A stretch of 64,000 nt of DNA from contig CAYOEN010000002.1 of NCBI GenBank assembly GCA_964403085.1, positions 7,715-71,714 on the forward strand. The letters run 5' to 3'. This document shows, piece after piece, positions 1-9,063 of the stretch. The notes under the pieces are model-generated. The model saw only the letters and a program-made list of their open reading frames with translations, was not told the origin of the DNA and did no database searches. The number at the start of each line of letters is the position of its first letter. Position 1 is the stretch's first letter. The position numbers and the translations under genes were made by a program. Source of the DNA: an uncultured Faecalibacterium sp. (GTDB lineage: Bacteria; Bacillota; Clostridia; Oscillospirales; Acutalibacteraceae).

Positions 1-7
1 GTGAGTT

Positions 8-502
8 ATGATTATCACGCTTGAAAGCCTGATGAACGGTGGGATTGAGAAGCTCTCTCTTGACTGTTCGTTCGATTTTTCAAAAGAAGAGTTCGACGGT
101 GTGTTTCCATTCACAACGCCTGTTTCGCTCTTGGGAGAGATCGCGAACCGCGCGGGGATCGTTTCACTGACTGCTGTTGCAACGTTTGATTTTACGGCGT
201 TTTGCGACCGTTGCGCCGCTGAATTTACGAAGGTGTTTCGTGTTCCTGTCGAACACACGCTCGTTTCTTCGCTCAGCGACGAGGAAAACGATGATTTCAT
301 TGTTGTTCCTGCCGACGGTCTTGATATCGAAAGGCTCACTTTAGAAGACATCTATCTTTTTCTGCCAAGCAAGTTGCTTTGTAAGGAAGACTGCAAAGGC
401 GTTTGTCCGTCTTGCGGCGCCGACCTCAACGAGGGATCTTGCAATTGCAAAAAAGAGATAGACCCGAGGTTGGAAGCTTTGCTTTCAATGCTCGAAGAAT
501 GA
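8..502 (+). CDS. YceD/DUF177 family protein
   Basis: 164-aa ORF. The C-terminal Cys cluster CKEDCKGVCPSCGADLNEGSCNC and the position directly upstream of rpmF are typical of DUF177/YceD. Confidence 0.8.
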   Translation: MIITLESLMNGGIEKLSLDCSFDFSKEEFDGVFPFTTPVSLLGEIANRAGIVSLTAVATFDFTAFCDRCAAEFTKVFRVPVEHTLVSSLSDEENDDFIVVPADGLDIERLTLEDIYLFLPSKLLCKEDCKGVCPSCGADLNEGSCNCKKEIDPRLEALLSMLEE

Positions 503-542
503 TTTTGTTTATTTAATTATTTTAATAAGGGAGGTGCTGGTT

Positions 543-728
543 ATGGCAGTACCGGCAAGAAGAGTATCAAAGGCAAGAAGAGACAAGAGACGCTCAAACG
601 TTTGGAAGCTTGAAGCTCCGACACTTGTCAGATGCAAGCAGTGCGGCGAATACGCAGTTCCGCATAAAGTATGTGGCAACTGTGGGTATTATAAGGGCAA
701 GCTCGTTGTTGCTAAAGATGAGGACTAA
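543..728 (+). CDS. rpmF: 50S ribosomal protein L32
   Basis: ATG 543 follows AAGGGAGG (526-533). Product MAVPARRVSKARRDKRRS with CxxC...CxxC matches bacterial L32. The track start 534 (GTG) abuts the RBS. Confidence 0.9.
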   Translation: MAVPARRVSKARRDKRRSNVWKLEAPTLVRCKQCGEYAVPHKVCGNCGYYKGKLVVAKDED

Positions 729-848
729 GCCTTTGAGCTTATGAAGGGTGGAGAAGCTGCTTTGCTTTCTCTGCCTTTTTCATTGTTGCGTTTCACACGA
801 ATTAAAAACAGCGCTTGTCTGCTGCGTTAATGATTGGAGTTTTTAAAA

Positions 849-2153
849 ATGTCTGTTCTTGTCAGCAATGTCACCAAAAAGTCAATAGCCGACAAAAAAG
901 GCATTAAGCCCGGCGATGTCCTCGTTTCCGTAAATGCGCACGAAATCAATGATGTTCTTGACTATCGCTTTTACATTCAGGAAGAAAAACTGACTCTCGC
1001 TCTCGTTTCTAACGGAAAAGCAAAAAAAGTCAAGCTTCGTAAGAATGAGTATGACGATATCGGACTTGAGTTTGAAACCTACCTCATGGACAAGCAACAA
1101 CACTGCAAAAACAAGTGTGTCTTTTGTTTTATCGACCAACTTCCCGAGGGTATGCGCGAAACATTATATTTTAAAGACGATGACTCCCGTCTTTCGTTCC
1201 TTTTCGGAAACTACGTCACTCTTACAAATTTAACAGAGCACGATGTTCAGCGTCTTATTGATATGCACATAAGTCCCGTCAATGTTTCCGTTCACACCAT
1301 GAACCCGGTTCTCAGGGTCAAAATGATGAAAAATCCGCACGCGGGTGAGTGTCTTTCAATTTTAAAACGCCTTGCCGATGCGGATATAAAGCTGAACACA
1401 CAGCTGGTTCTTTGTCCCGGAATAAACGACGGCGAAGAGTTGCAATACAGTCTTGATGCGCTTGAAGAACTTTTCCCGGCTATTCAGAGCATTGCCGCCG
1501 TCCCGGTCGGACTCACAAAATTTCGCGAAGGATTACCGGAGCTTAAAGCGTATACTCCGGAAACAGCGAAAGCCGTTATTGATATTGTGGATTCCTTTGG
1601 TGAACGCTGCTTAAATAAATACGGAACGCGTATCGCTTTTTGCGCTGATGAATTCTATTTAAAAGCCGACCAACCGATTCCTCCCGATGATTATTACGAG
1701 GATTATCCGCAAATTGAAAACGGAGTCGGTTTATGGAGAAACCTTGAAACGGAGTTTGCGACGGCTCTTGAAAGCGCAGTTGCGGAAAATCGCGAAAAAA
1801 GGCGCGTTTCTTTGGCAACCGGTGTTGCGGCATATCCGCTTATCAAACGATTGGCGCAACTCGTTGAGTCCCAATATCCGTTTATCAAGGTGGATGTTTT
1901 TGAAATTAAAAACGACTTTTTCGGACACAGTATAAATGTTGCCGGTTTGATAACCGGGCGCGACCTGATTGCTCAATTGAAGGACAAAAATGTTGGTGAA
2001 ACTCTGATAATTCCGTCTGTCATGCTGCGCAGCGAGGGTGATATGTTTCTTGATGATGTCACTGTTGATGACGTTGAAGACGAACTCGGTGTTGAAATCA
2101 GAGTTGCCAAAAACGATGACGGATATGAATTACTTGAAAAAATTTTGATGTGA
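849..2153 (+). CDS. DUF512-type PDZ / radical-SAM-like protein
   Basis: PDZ-like N-terminus, Cys motif CKNKCVFC and a long C-terminal domain. This family commonly precedes der in Clostridia. GGAG lies about 9 nt before ATG 849; the track start 834 is TTG. Confidence 0.7.
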   Translation: MSVLVSNVTKKSIADKKGIKPGDVLVSVNAHEINDVLDYRFYIQEEKLTLALVSNGKAKKVKLRKNEYDDIGLEFETYLMDKQQHCKNKCVFCFIDQLPEGMRETLYFKDDDSRLSFLFGNYVTLTNLTEHDVQRLIDMHISPVNVSVHTMNPVLRVKMMKNPHAGECLSILKRLADADIKLNTQLVLCPGINDGEELQYSLDALEELFPAIQSIAAVPVGLTKFREGLPELKAYTPETAKAVIDIVDSFGERCLNKYGTRIAFCADEFYLKADQPIPPDDYYEDYPQIENGVGLWRNLETEFATALESAVAENREKRRVSLATGVAAYPLIKRLAQLVESQYPFIKVDVFEIKNDFFGHSINVAGLITGRDLIAQLKDKNVGETLIIPSVMLRSEGDMFLDDVTVDDVEDELGVEIRVAKNDDGYELLEKILM

Positions 2154-2178
2154 TATTATTTTAAAGGAGGGATCGACC

Positions 2179-3498
2179 ATGGCAAAACCGGTTGTTGCGA
2201 TTGTTGGTCGCCCAAACACAGGAAAAAGTACATTGTTCAACAAGCTTGTCGGCCAACGCCTTTCGATCGTTGACGATACTCCCGGTGTTACGAGGGATAG
2301 AATATTCGGCGATTGTGAATGGCTTTCACGCCATTTTCTTCTCGTTGACACGGGCGGAATTGAGCCCTATTCAAACGACATTATTTTAAAGCAGATGCGT
2401 CGTCAGGCACAACTTGCAATCGAAAGCGCAAACGTAATTATTCTTGTTTGTGATATACGTTCGGGCGTGGTTGCCACCGACAGCGAGGTTGCTTCAATGC
2501 TTCAACGCAGCGGAAAACCCGTGGTGCTTTGCGTCAATAAATGCGACGCAATAGGTGAGCTTCCGGCTGACTTTTATGAGTTTTATAATTTGGGACTCGG
2601 TGATCCTATCGGCGTTTCGGCGGTTCACGGTCACGGTACCGGCGATTTACTCGATGAAGTCATTAAATATCTTCCGCCATACAGCGAGGAAGAGGAAGAA
2701 AACGTTATCAGCGTTGCCGTGATCGGAAAGCCTAATGTCGGAAAATCTTCGCTCATAAACGCAATTTCAGGAGAAGAGCGCGCAATAGTTTCCGACATTG
2801 CAGGCACAACACGAGACGCTACGGACACATATCTTTCAAACGAATACGGCGACTTCGTTTTTATTGACACCGCCGGAATGCGCCGCAAGAGTCGCATTGA
2901 AGATCAGCTTGAAAAATACAGTATCATTCGGGCGAAAATGGCTGTTGAACGCGCCAATGTTTGCGTAATCATGATTGACGCTGTTGAAGGTTTTACCGAG
3001 CAGGACTCAAAGGTTGCGGGAATTGCGCACGAAATGGGAAAAGCCTGCATCGTTGCGGTCAACAAATGGGACGCTGTTGAAAAAGACGGCAGAACCATGG
3101 ATTCATACAGGAAAAAACTCATGAACGATTTTTCCTTTATGTCGTATGCGCCGATAATTTTTATTTCCGCAAAGACAGGACAACGCCTTGACAGACTTTT
3201 TGAACTTATTCGTTTTGTTGACGAACAAAACGCCATGCGTATTTCAACGGGTAAGCTCAATGACGTTCTTGCCGCTGCAACGGCGCGCGTTCAACCGCCG
3301 ACAGACAAGGGCAAGCGACTGAAAATTTATTATATGACGCAAGCTTCCACAAGACCGCCGACATTTATCTGCTTTGTCAATAAAGCCGAGCTGTTTCATT
3401 ATAGCTACCAGCGTTATATCGACAATCAAATTCGTGAAGTTTTCGGTCTCGAAGGCACACCAACAAGGTTTGTGATTCGCGAACGCGGTGGAAAATAA
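2179..3498 (+). CDS. der: ribosome-biogenesis GTPase Der (EngA)
   Basis: Two tandem GTPase domains with P-loops GRPNTGKST and GKPNVGKSS, DTGG/DTAG and NKCD/NKWD motifs, plus a KH-like C-terminus. Confidence 0.95.
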   Translation: MAKPVVAIVGRPNTGKSTLFNKLVGQRLSIVDDTPGVTRDRIFGDCEWLSRHFLLVDTGGIEPYSNDIILKQMRRQAQLAIESANVIILVCDIRSGVVATDSEVASMLQRSGKPVVLCVNKCDAIGELPADFYEFYNLGLGDPIGVSAVHGHGTGDLLDEVIKYLPPYSEEEEENVISVAVIGKPNVGKSSLINAISGEERAIVSDIAGTTRDATDTYLSNEYGDFVFIDTAGMRRKSRIEDQLEKYSIIRAKMAVERANVCVIMIDAVEGFTEQDSKVAGIAHEMGKACIVAVNKWDAVEKDGRTMDSYRKKLMNDFSFMSYAPIIFISAKTGQRLDRLFELIRFVDEQNAMRISTGKLNDVLAAATARVQPPTDKGKRLKIYYMTQASTRPPTFICFVNKAELFHYSYQRYIDNQIREVFGLEGTPTRFVIRERGGK

Positions 3499-3528
3499 AT
3501 CTTTCCGTCAATAAAGCCTGATGTTTTA

Positions 3529-3557
3529 TTGACAATTCTTCAGTCAGGTGCTACAAT
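3529..3557 (+). promoter_or_regulatory. sigma-A-type promoter of the B12-regulated operon
   Basis: TTGACA (3529-3534), 17-nt spacer, TACAAT (3552-3557), placed just upstream of the riboswitch. Confidence 0.6.
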
Positions 3558-3567
3558 TAAATTCAAT

Positions 3568-3657
3568 CAAAGCTCAGTGGGGAAATACCGGTGAAAATCC
3601 GGAGCAACCGCCATTGCCGTTATCAGCTTTTTGCTGTCAGTCGGAATGCCCGCTTTG
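3568..3657 (+). promoter_or_regulatory. cobalamin (B12) riboswitch aptamer
   Basis: Hallmark strings GGGGAAATACCGGTGAAAATCCGG (3579-3602) and B12-box-like GTCAGTCGGAATGCCCGC (3636-3653). Candidate P1 is CAAAGC/GCTTTG (3568-3573/3652-3657). Confidence 0.8.
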
Positions 3658-3716
3658 CTTTTTGCTTTTCGTATTCACTTTTGGGCAATTGGAAGAGTGA
3701 GCGGCCGTAGGTTACT

Positions 3717-3752
3717 GCGCCCTTTTTTTGCTCAAAAAGGGCGCTTATTTTT
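3717..3752 (+). terminator. riboswitch expression-platform intrinsic terminator
   Basis: Stem GCGCCCTTTT / AAAAGGGCGC followed by TTATTTTT, ending about a dozen nt before the first gene start. Confidence 0.75.
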
Positions 3753-3765
3753 ATGGGGTGATGAT

Positions 3766-5085
3766 TTGAAAAGATTTTTTTCCTTATTCTTCGCGTTTTG
3801 CTTGCTTGTAAGTTTCTGCTTCTTCGTGTCGGCAGACAACAGCTCACAGAAGTACATAACTTCAGCTCTCACACCAACTGATTCGGCAACTCTCAAATGG
3901 TCAAAAAAACTCGGTGGAGGCTTTGCTGCCTCGCCGACAGCTCCGCTTGTTGTCGGTGATACTCTGATAGTTGCTTCGGGAAAAACAATTTATAAGCTGA
4001 ATTCAAAAACAGGTGATGTTTTACAAAGCAACGAAATGCTCGGTTCTCTCGGGTATGCGGTTGTTGCTCCAACCTACGCCGAAAACAAAATTTTTATTCA
4101 GCTTAACGGTGGAAAGATACAGGCGTTTGATTTTGAAACTCTTGATTCACTGTGGCTTTATACTGATGCGCTTGGTGGTCAGGCGCTGTCTCCGATTGTC
4201 TGCGATGACGGCTATATTTATACCGGTTTTTGGAACGGTGAAGACGATAATGCAAACTTTGTCTGCCTGAGCACAAAGGACGAACAACCAAACAAGAAAA
4301 ACGAAAAAAAGAAAGCCAAATGGGTCTATCGAAGCAAAGGCGGTTTTTATTGGACCGAAGCGGCAGTTACAAAGGGATATGTAATTTTCGGTACCGATGA
4401 CGGGAACGATGGAACCGGCGCCGAGTCGCGCATCGTTTCGCTCAATAAAAAGAACGGCAAACTTTCTTCTTCGCTCAGAACAAAAGGGGATATTCGTTGC
4501 GCAGTGACCTATGATAAGGAGAACGGATTTTATTTCACGGCGAGCAAGTCGGGCTTTGTTTATCGCTTTAAATTCAATGAAGAAACAGGAGAGCTTCGCA
4601 ATCTGAAAAAATATAAAACCGGGGGCGAAGTCACGTCTTCACCCGTTGCACACAACGGACGAATATATTTTGCCTGTCAAAACGGAAAGAGCGGAAAGTT
4701 CGTTGTTGTGGAAGAAAAGACAATGAAAAAAATATATGATTGTCAGATGCTCGGTTATTCTCAGTCAACGCCTTTGATTTCGGTTGCGTATAAAGATGTT
4801 GTTTATGTTTACATGACCTACAACGAAAAGCCCGGAGGAATCACGGTCTTTAAAGATTCTTCCAATCAAACCGAAGCGATAAAAACGGAACTTTTTGAAC
4901 CTTCCGGCGACGCTTCTCAGTATTGTATTTGTTCCGTAACGGCGGACGAAAACGGCAATCTTTTCTATAAAAACGATTCGGGTACAATATTTGCTGTCGG
5001 AAAGAAAAGCAACTCGCTCTTAACGAAGATACTGAACATTCTTTTTCGAGCGATAATTCGTTTCGCTTCCGGGATAATATCATGA
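3766..5085 (+). CDS. secreted PQQ-like beta-propeller repeat protein
   Basis: A TTG start at 3766 gives signal peptide MKRFFSLFFAFCLLVSFCFFVSA. Repeated blade-like motifs are GKIQAFDFETLDSLWLY, GYVIFGTDDG, GFVYRFKF, GRIYFACQNG and GNLFYKNDSGTIFAV. The track ORF start 3631 runs through the riboswitch and is not credible. Confidence 0.7.
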   Translation: MKRFFSLFFAFCLLVSFCFFVSADNSSQKYITSALTPTDSATLKWSKKLGGGFAASPTAPLVVGDTLIVASGKTIYKLNSKTGDVLQSNEMLGSLGYAVVAPTYAENKIFIQLNGGKIQAFDFETLDSLWLYTDALGGQALSPIVCDDGYIYTGFWNGEDDNANFVCLSTKDEQPNKKNEKKKAKWVYRSKGGFYWTEAAVTKGYVIFGTDDGNDGTGAESRIVSLNKKNGKLSSSLRTKGDIRCAVTYDKENGFYFTASKSGFVYRFKFNEETGELRNLKKYKTGGEVTSSPVAHNGRIYFACQNGKSGKFVVVEEKTMKKIYDCQMLGYSQSTPLISVAYKDVVYVYMTYNEKPGGITVFKDSSNQTEAIKTELFEPSGDASQYCICSVTADENGNLFYKNDSGTIFAVGKKSNSLLTKILNILFRAIIRFASGIIS

Positions 5086-5954
5086 AAATCGGAGCACGGG
5101 GAATACACCCGTTTTCTGCTGCTGTTTTCTTTGCCGTTGTTTTTGTAATAACACTGCTAACATTGAACCCATATCTGCTCGCAATCAGCTTTTTGAGCGG
5201 CTTTATGTTTGATATTAATCTTCGGGAAAAAAAGGCAATCAAAGAACTATGTTGTCTTTCGGCGATAGCTGTCGTTATAGTGCTTTTTAATACGCTTTTT
5301 GCGCACTATGGTGTTACGGTTTTGTTTACTCTTAAACGCGGAAACAACATAACTCTCGAAGCTTTTGTTTGCGGCGCGGTTTATGCTGTTCGCTTTGTTT
5401 CAACAATGATTTGGCTTTCATGTTTCAATGAAGTTGTTGACGAAGAAAAGTTCCTTTTCCTTTTCGGACGTCTTTCGCCGAGGCTTGCGCTCGTTACGTC
5501 AATGGTGCTTCGATTTTTGCCGCTTGTGTCTCGTTACACTGCCGAAACGCAAAAGGCGTGTCGCGGGATCGGGTCGGACAGTTCTGTCGGTTCGATATAT
5601 GTTCGTTTGAAAAACGCAACACGAATAGTTTCAATAGTTATTTCAAGACTGCTTGAACACGCTGTTGACACAGCCAATTCAATGATGGCACGCGGCTATA
5701 CACTCAAGGGGAGAACGAGTTGCCGCGTCTATCCGTCAAGAATTATTGATGCGCTTCTGGTCAGCGTCTCAGGCCTCTCTGCTTTGCTCATTTTATCCCT
5801 TAACGACAGCGTTGCCGCGCAGTATAATCCGATTATAATTATCGCGCCCTTTTCTCTAAGGTGCGCCACCGTTTGCCTTGGTTTTACAGTGCTGTGCTTT
5901 TTGCCGCTTGCTTTTGATATAACGGAGAAAAAAATATGGTCGATTTCAAATTAG
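5082..5954 (+). CDS. ECF transporter transmembrane (T) component, CbiQ/EcfT family
   Basis: Polytopic membrane protein with the conserved Ala-Arg-Gly coupling motif (SMMARGY). Its ATGA start overlaps the upstream stop. Confidence 0.85.
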   Translation: MKIGARGIHPFSAAVFFAVVFVITLLTLNPYLLAISFLSGFMFDINLREKKAIKELCCLSAIAVVIVLFNTLFAHYGVTVLFTLKRGNNITLEAFVCGAVYAVRFVSTMIWLSCFNEVVDEEKFLFLFGRLSPRLALVTSMVLRFLPLVSRYTAETQKACRGIGSDSSVGSIYVRLKNATRIVSIVISRLLEHAVDTANSMMARGYTLKGRTSCRVYPSRIIDALLVSVSGLSALLILSLNDSVAAQYNPIIIIAPFSLRCATVCLGFTVLCFLPLAFDITEKKIWSISN

Positions 5955-7600
5955 AAAACTTTTCTTTTTCGTTTCCGAATGGGACGAGTGCACTCAAAAA
6001 CATTAATCTTGAAATAAATCGCGGAGAACTTGTTGTTGTTTGCGGTCGAAGCGGCAGCGGAAAGACAACGCTCCTTCGGCTTTTAAAGCCGCAACTCAAA
6101 CCACATGGAAAACAAAGCGGGTCGCTTTCGATCTTTCAAAAAGATGAAAGCGAAATCTCTCTTCGCGATTCCGCTTCGCTGATTGGATTTGTGATGCAAA
6201 ATCCGGAGCTTCAATGTGTAACGGATACCGTGCAGTCCGAGCTGTGTTTCGGACTTGAAAATCTCGGTTTTGACCGAAAGGCTGCTCAGTTAAGAGTGGC
6301 GGAAACGGCGGCTCTTTTTTCGCTTGAAAACCTTTTAGACAAAAAAACAGCCGAGCTGTCAGGCGGACAAAAACAATTTGTGAATCTCGCTTCGATTGTT
6401 GCGATGAATCCCAATGTTCTGTTGCTTGACGAACCTACTGCACAGCTCGATCCGGTTTCAGCTCAAAGACTCATTGACCTTGTGTGTATGCTTTGCCGTG
6501 AATACGGGGTTACCGTTATTATTTCAGAGCACCGACTGGAAAAGCTCGTTGCCGTTGCCGACCGACTCGTTGTTCTCGAAAACGGCAAAATCATAAACAA
6601 CAGCGCTCCGCGAGATGTGAGCTATGAAGTTATGAAAATGAATGAATTAGTGCGTTTGAGCTTGCCGTTTTATATGCGCCTTAATTATGAACTTGGGCTT
6701 TTTGAAAAAATGCCGACCGATATGAAATCCGGTCGTGCGCTTGTTTCAAATATTCTCAAAAGCGCAACCGCAGTTGAACCGTTTTTGTCACCGGAAAGCG
6801 AAAAAGCCGAATTGGCGGTCAACATTAAAAATCTGTATTATTCATATGATGCAAAAAACTACGTTTTAAAAGGGCTCGACCTTCAGATCAAGAAGGGGAG
6901 TTTCTTTGCTATACTCGGTTCGAACGGAGCGGGAAAAACAACTCTGCTCAATCTTATCGGCGGACTGCTCAAATCAAAAAGAGGGAAGCTTGAACTGTTT
7001 TCAAAAAGCATTTCAAAGTATTCGACGTCTGAGCTTTATAACGAAAACGTTGCCTTCCTCCAACAAAATTGTGAGTCGATTTTTGCGGGTCCAACCGTTC
7101 AAGAGGATTTTGAAAATATTTTAAGAAGCAGCGAATACACACGCAGCCAAATTGAAGAACGCATTAAAAGCGTCAGCTCTTTTTTCGAAATTAAGGAATT
7201 GCTTCTCTCTCATCCATATGATTTGAGCGGAGGCGAGTTGCAACGTTGTGCCCTTGCTGCTGTGATGTTGAAAAACGCGCGTCTTCTTTTGCTTGATGAA
7301 CCGACAAAAGGATTGGACGTTCTTTTCAAAAATCAACTTGCAACGCAGCTTCGCCGACTTTGTTCCGCCGGCACAACGGTAGTCATCGTTTCTCACGACA
7401 CCGAGTTTTGCGCAAAATACTGTGATGAATGTGCGCTGATTTTTGACGGCAGGGCTGTTTCTCAAGGCGTCACCCATGAGTTCTTTTCTAACAACTGTTT
7501 CTATACCACAGCTGCAAGCAAATTGATGCGGGGAATAGTCGATAATGTCGTTACCGAGGAAGAGGTGATTGAACTTTGCAAAAAGAGTATAAATGGTTAA
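5936..7600 (+). CDS. ECF transporter fused double ATPase (EcfA-EcfA' type)
   Basis: Two ABC cassettes with Walker A GRSGSGKTT and GSNGAGKTT, signatures LSGGQKQ and LSGGELQ, and Walker B LLLDEPT twice. Confidence 0.9.
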   Translation: MVDFKLENFSFSFPNGTSALKNINLEINRGELVVVCGRSGSGKTTLLRLLKPQLKPHGKQSGSLSIFQKDESEISLRDSASLIGFVMQNPELQCVTDTVQSELCFGLENLGFDRKAAQLRVAETAALFSLENLLDKKTAELSGGQKQFVNLASIVAMNPNVLLLDEPTAQLDPVSAQRLIDLVCMLCREYGVTVIISEHRLEKLVAVADRLVVLENGKIINNSAPRDVSYEVMKMNELVRLSLPFYMRLNYELGLFEKMPTDMKSGRALVSNILKSATAVEPFLSPESEKAELAVNIKNLYYSYDAKNYVLKGLDLQIKKGSFFAILGSNGAGKTTLLNLIGGLLKSKRGKLELFSKSISKYSTSELYNENVAFLQQNCESIFAGPTVQEDFENILRSSEYTRSQIEERIKSVSSFFEIKELLLSHPYDLSGGELQRCALAAVMLKNARLLLLDEPTKGLDVLFKNQLATQLRRLCSAGTTVVIVSHDTEFCAKYCDECALIFDGRAVSQGVTHEFFSNNCFYTTAASKLMRGIVDNVVTEEEVIELCKKSING

Positions 7601-8301
7601 AAGTTGTTTCTCCGATCTCTCTTTTTGTCCTTGCCCCGATTTTCGCCTTTATTTGTTGCAAGGTTTTCGACCCGAAATATTACTACATTTCAGCAACTGT
7701 TATAATTGTTCTTGCAATTTTGCCGTTTTTTGTAATGTTTGAAAAACGAAAGCTTAGCACAATAGAACTTGTCACTGTCGCCGTTATGGTGGCGGTTTGC
7801 AGCGGTTCACGACTCGCTTTTTCGTTTCTTCCACAGTTCAAACCGATGTGTGCGCTTGTTATCATTGCAGCATCCGCTTTCGGCGAAAACATCGGCTTTA
7901 TCGTTGGCGCAATGTCTGTGTTTGTTTCAAATTTCGCTTTTGGCCAGGGTGCGTTTACACCGTTTCAAATGCTCGGAATGGGGCTTGTTGCGTTTTTGTG
8001 CGGTGCTTTGTTTCACAACAAAATTCTCGGCAAAAACCGCTTGGCAGTCAGCGTTATCGGCACCGTCCTTACGTTCTTCGTGTATGGCGTAATCGTTGAC
8101 AGCGCCTCTGTTTTCATGATGACAACGGAGTATACATTTGAAAAAATCATTGGTATTTACGCTTCGGGAGTCGGTTTTAATTTGATTCATGCGATTACAA
8201 CCGGAATTGTTTTGTTCCTGTTTTACAAACCTATGATAAACAAACTTTCGCGTCTTAACGTTAAATACGGAATATTTGCTTTTTCCGCTGATTGGAGGTA
8301 A
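7576..8301 (+). CDS. polytopic membrane protein, candidate ECF substrate-capture (S) component
   Basis: 241 aa and about 6-7 hydrophobic helices with no soluble domain. It overlaps the ATPase gene end inside the ECF operon. I could not assign a family by eye. Confidence 0.5.
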   Translation: MQKEYKWLKVVSPISLFVLAPIFAFICCKVFDPKYYYISATVIIVLAILPFFVMFEKRKLSTIELVTVAVMVAVCSGSRLAFSFLPQFKPMCALVIIAASAFGENIGFIVGAMSVFVSNFAFGQGAFTPFQMLGMGLVAFLCGALFHNKILGKNRLAVSVIGTVLTFFVYGVIVDSASVFMMTTEYTFEKIIGIYASGVGFNLIHAITTGIVLFLFYKPMINKLSRLNVKYGIFAFSADWR

Positions 8302-8305
8302 AACT

Positions 8306-9025
8306 ATGAAAAGAATTTTTTCGCTATCAATGAGTGTGCTTTTAATACTTTTTTTGACCGCTTGCTCCGGTTTTAAAAGTGAACCCGAAACAACGCTTTC
8401 GACAATCGGCTCATCGTTACAATATGAGAGTTCCAAAAGCGAGGGTTCAACCACAAATTCAACACCGACAACCTATTCGTCAACGACCGCAACGAAGCCC
8501 AGCGCAACTCAGAACATTAAAACCTCGGAAACGACTTCGGAAGTTTTAATGAGTTCAACAGCGCAAAAGACTGAAACAAACGTTGAAGAGACGACCGAAA
8601 GCTCTTCAATAACCTGTTATGTCACGATTGATTGCACAAAAATTCAGGAAAATTTTGAAGAATTGAACAAAAGCAAAAGGAGTTTTGTTCCTTCAAACGG
8701 CTACATATTAAAAGATGCCGCTGTTGAACTCAAAGAGAACGAAAGCGCGTTTGATGCACTCAAAAAAGCTTGCGCTGAATATTCATGTACCGATAACTGC
8801 AAATACTGCCAAAAGGACGGCATTCAGCTCGAATATTCTTATACGCCGGCGTATCATTCTTATTATGTTGAAGGAATTCATCAGCTTTATGAAAAGGATT
8901 GCGGCGATCTTTCAGGTTGGCTGTTTTGCGTTAACGACGCTCTTGCCGAAAGCGCTTCCAGTTCTTATTATCCTCAAAACGGCGACAAAATTATGTTCAC
9001 TTACACTGTTTCAATGGACTTTTGA
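8306..9025 (+). CDS. lipoprotein with transcobalamin-like DUF4430 domain
   Basis: ATG 8306 follows GGAGG. Lipobox in MKRIFSLSMSVLLILFLTAC, then a Ser/Thr-rich linker. C-terminal domain carries GDLSGWLFCVND...NGDKIMFTYT, as in DUF4430. Confidence 0.65.
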   Translation: MKRIFSLSMSVLLILFLTACSGFKSEPETTLSTIGSSLQYESSKSEGSTTNSTPTTYSSTTATKPSATQNIKTSETTSEVLMSSTAQKTETNVEETTESSSITCYVTIDCTKIQENFEELNKSKRSFVPSNGYILKDAAVELKENESAFDALKKACAEYSCTDNCKYCQKDGIQLEYSYTPAYHSYYVEGIHQLYEKDCGDLSGWLFCVNDALAESASSSYYPQNGDKIMFTYTVSMDF

Positions 9026-9063
9026 ACAGTGTTTGTAGATAAATTCAGAAAGGAAGACAAAAC

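Noticed and set aside
3631-3765. N-terminal 45 codons of the 484-aa track ORF preceding the beta-propeller gene
   Set aside because: This stretch is the cobalamin riboswitch and its terminator. The credible start is the TTG at 3766, which yields a canonical signal peptide.
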